Source: an uncultured delta proteobacterium
GTDB taxonomy: Bacteria; Desulfobacterota; WTBG01; CAIYCZ01; CAIRTM01
Length of the DNA stretch: 64,000 nt
Direction: 5' to 3'
Assembly (NCBI GenBank): GCA_963804955.1
Contig: CAWDSQ010000026.1
Span: 128,001 to 192,000 of the forward strand
The notes beneath the pieces are model-generated. The model saw only the letters and a list, made by a program, of their open reading frames with translations, was not told the origin of the DNA and ran no database searches. Both the position numbers and the translations under genes were made by a program. Below, piece after piece: positions 63,236 to 64,000 of this stretch. Position 1 is the stretch's first letter, and every line of letters begins with the position of its first letter.

Positions 63236-63640
63236 ATGATACTGGTCATCATACGAATGAAGGTTCTTTCTGAGAAGCGCGTGGAGCTGTCACAGACGAT
63301 TTCGTCGCTCATCGGCTCCATACGAACGGAGAAGGGATGCAAGCGCTGCGACTTTTGCCGGAGTATGGAGAATGAAAATGAACTTTGTCTGCTTGAGGAA
63401 TGGGATACCCAGGAGAACCTCAAAAGCTACCTGAGATCAGAGGGGTTCAGGATACTCCGGGGAGCACTGATCCTTCTCAAAGAGCCCTATGAAGTGCTGT
63501 GCCAGACCACTTTCCACACGGCGGGCATAGAGGGTGTGTATCCGGGATTAGATGACCATGTTCAAGAGGAAAAACGATACGAGGATCACGGCCCGAGGAT
63601 TGATACAAAATCAGCAAAAAACATTCATTACAGACAATAG
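63236..63640 (+). CDS. Antibiotic biosynthesis monooxygenase (ABM)-like protein
   Basis: IR.EKGC, LLEEW...L..YL.S..F pattern. Confidence 0.8.
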   Translation: MILVIIRMKVLSEKRVELSQTISSLIGSIRTEKGCKRCDFCRSMENENELCLLEEWDTQENLKSYLRSEGFRILRGALILLKEPYEVLCQTTFHTAGIEGVYPGLDDHVQEEKRYEDHGPRIDTKSAKNIHYRQ

Positions 63641-63735
63641 AAATATTTAAAGTGCACATGTATTCAAATGAACAACGCGACTCTAAACCTGCCTTCAGTT
63701 TTCTGCTGACTGAGGCTTTTTAAACGGAGGGAGAT

Positions 63736-63993
63736 ATGTGCAGGGAAAGAAAACTTTACACCACGGCTAAAGACCCCTACTGCAGGTTTATAAAAAAGTT
63801 TTTTCATGAAAAAGGCCTTGATTATAAAGAGGTTGATATAAGCAAGAATGAAGATGAATTTTATGAGCTGCTGAATTTTTACGGAACAGGGCCTTTGCCC
63901 GTTCTTGTTGAAGACGGCAAGATTATTCCCGTAAGCCAACTGATGCGGAATGTTAACATGACGTTCTCGGGCTGTGCAGAAAAAAGCAAATAG
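63736..63993 (+). CDS. Glutaredoxin/NrdH-like protein with DPYC site
   Basis: LYT..DPYC..K.F..G.DY.EVD, LP.L..DG; GGAGGG RBS. Confidence 0.75.
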   Translation: MCRERKLYTTAKDPYCRFIKKFFHEKGLDYKEVDISKNEDEFYELLNFYGTGPLPVLVEDGKIIPVSQLMRNVNMTFSGCAEKSK

Positions 63994-64000
63994 TCATCGG

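Noticed and set aside
63736..63993. Selenoprotein glutaredoxin
   Set aside because: Active-site codon is GAC, not TGA
1..64000. tRNA or rRNA genes
   Set aside because: No cloverleaf or rRNA signature recognised by eye; a tRNAscan/Infernal run would be decisive

Overview
Bacterial chromosomal window; gene content (sigma-54 activators, ADP-forming acyl-CoA synthetase, hydF, DUF6485-like gene) suggests an anaerobic Desulfobacterota/deltaproteobacterium-like organism, which is an inference. It contains housekeeping blocks (mutS2, pepA, rsmE, purD-purE-tsaC, mnmG-birA-bioB-engB, rplM-rpsI-argC), a sigma-54-controlled acyl-CoA/acetate operon, a toxin-antitoxin cluster at about 17-21 kb, several surface-protein genes, and many small repeats (heptamer arrays, REP-like palindromes, MITE-like elements). 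No rRNA, tRNA, CRISPR array or intact transposase was seen. Many conserved genes carry single-base frameshifts, most likely sequencing/assembly errors. The best candidate for an undescribed system is the 48-64 kb signalling island: CheB-CheR fusion, PAS hybrid kinase, NtrC-family activator with a natural Asp-to-Glu at the phosphoacceptor, a duplicated variant sigma-54 promoter before a PilZ gene and a receiver-like/kaiC/kaiB/kaiB/PAS-sigma-54-activator operon, then two sigma-54 promoters sharing a tandem 16-bp enhancer motif in front of a DUF932 gene and an ABM gene. A frameshifted gene for a tandem kinase/pseudokinase-like protein (12.9-14.6 kb) is the second notable item. All family assignments come from motif recognition by eye, not database searches.
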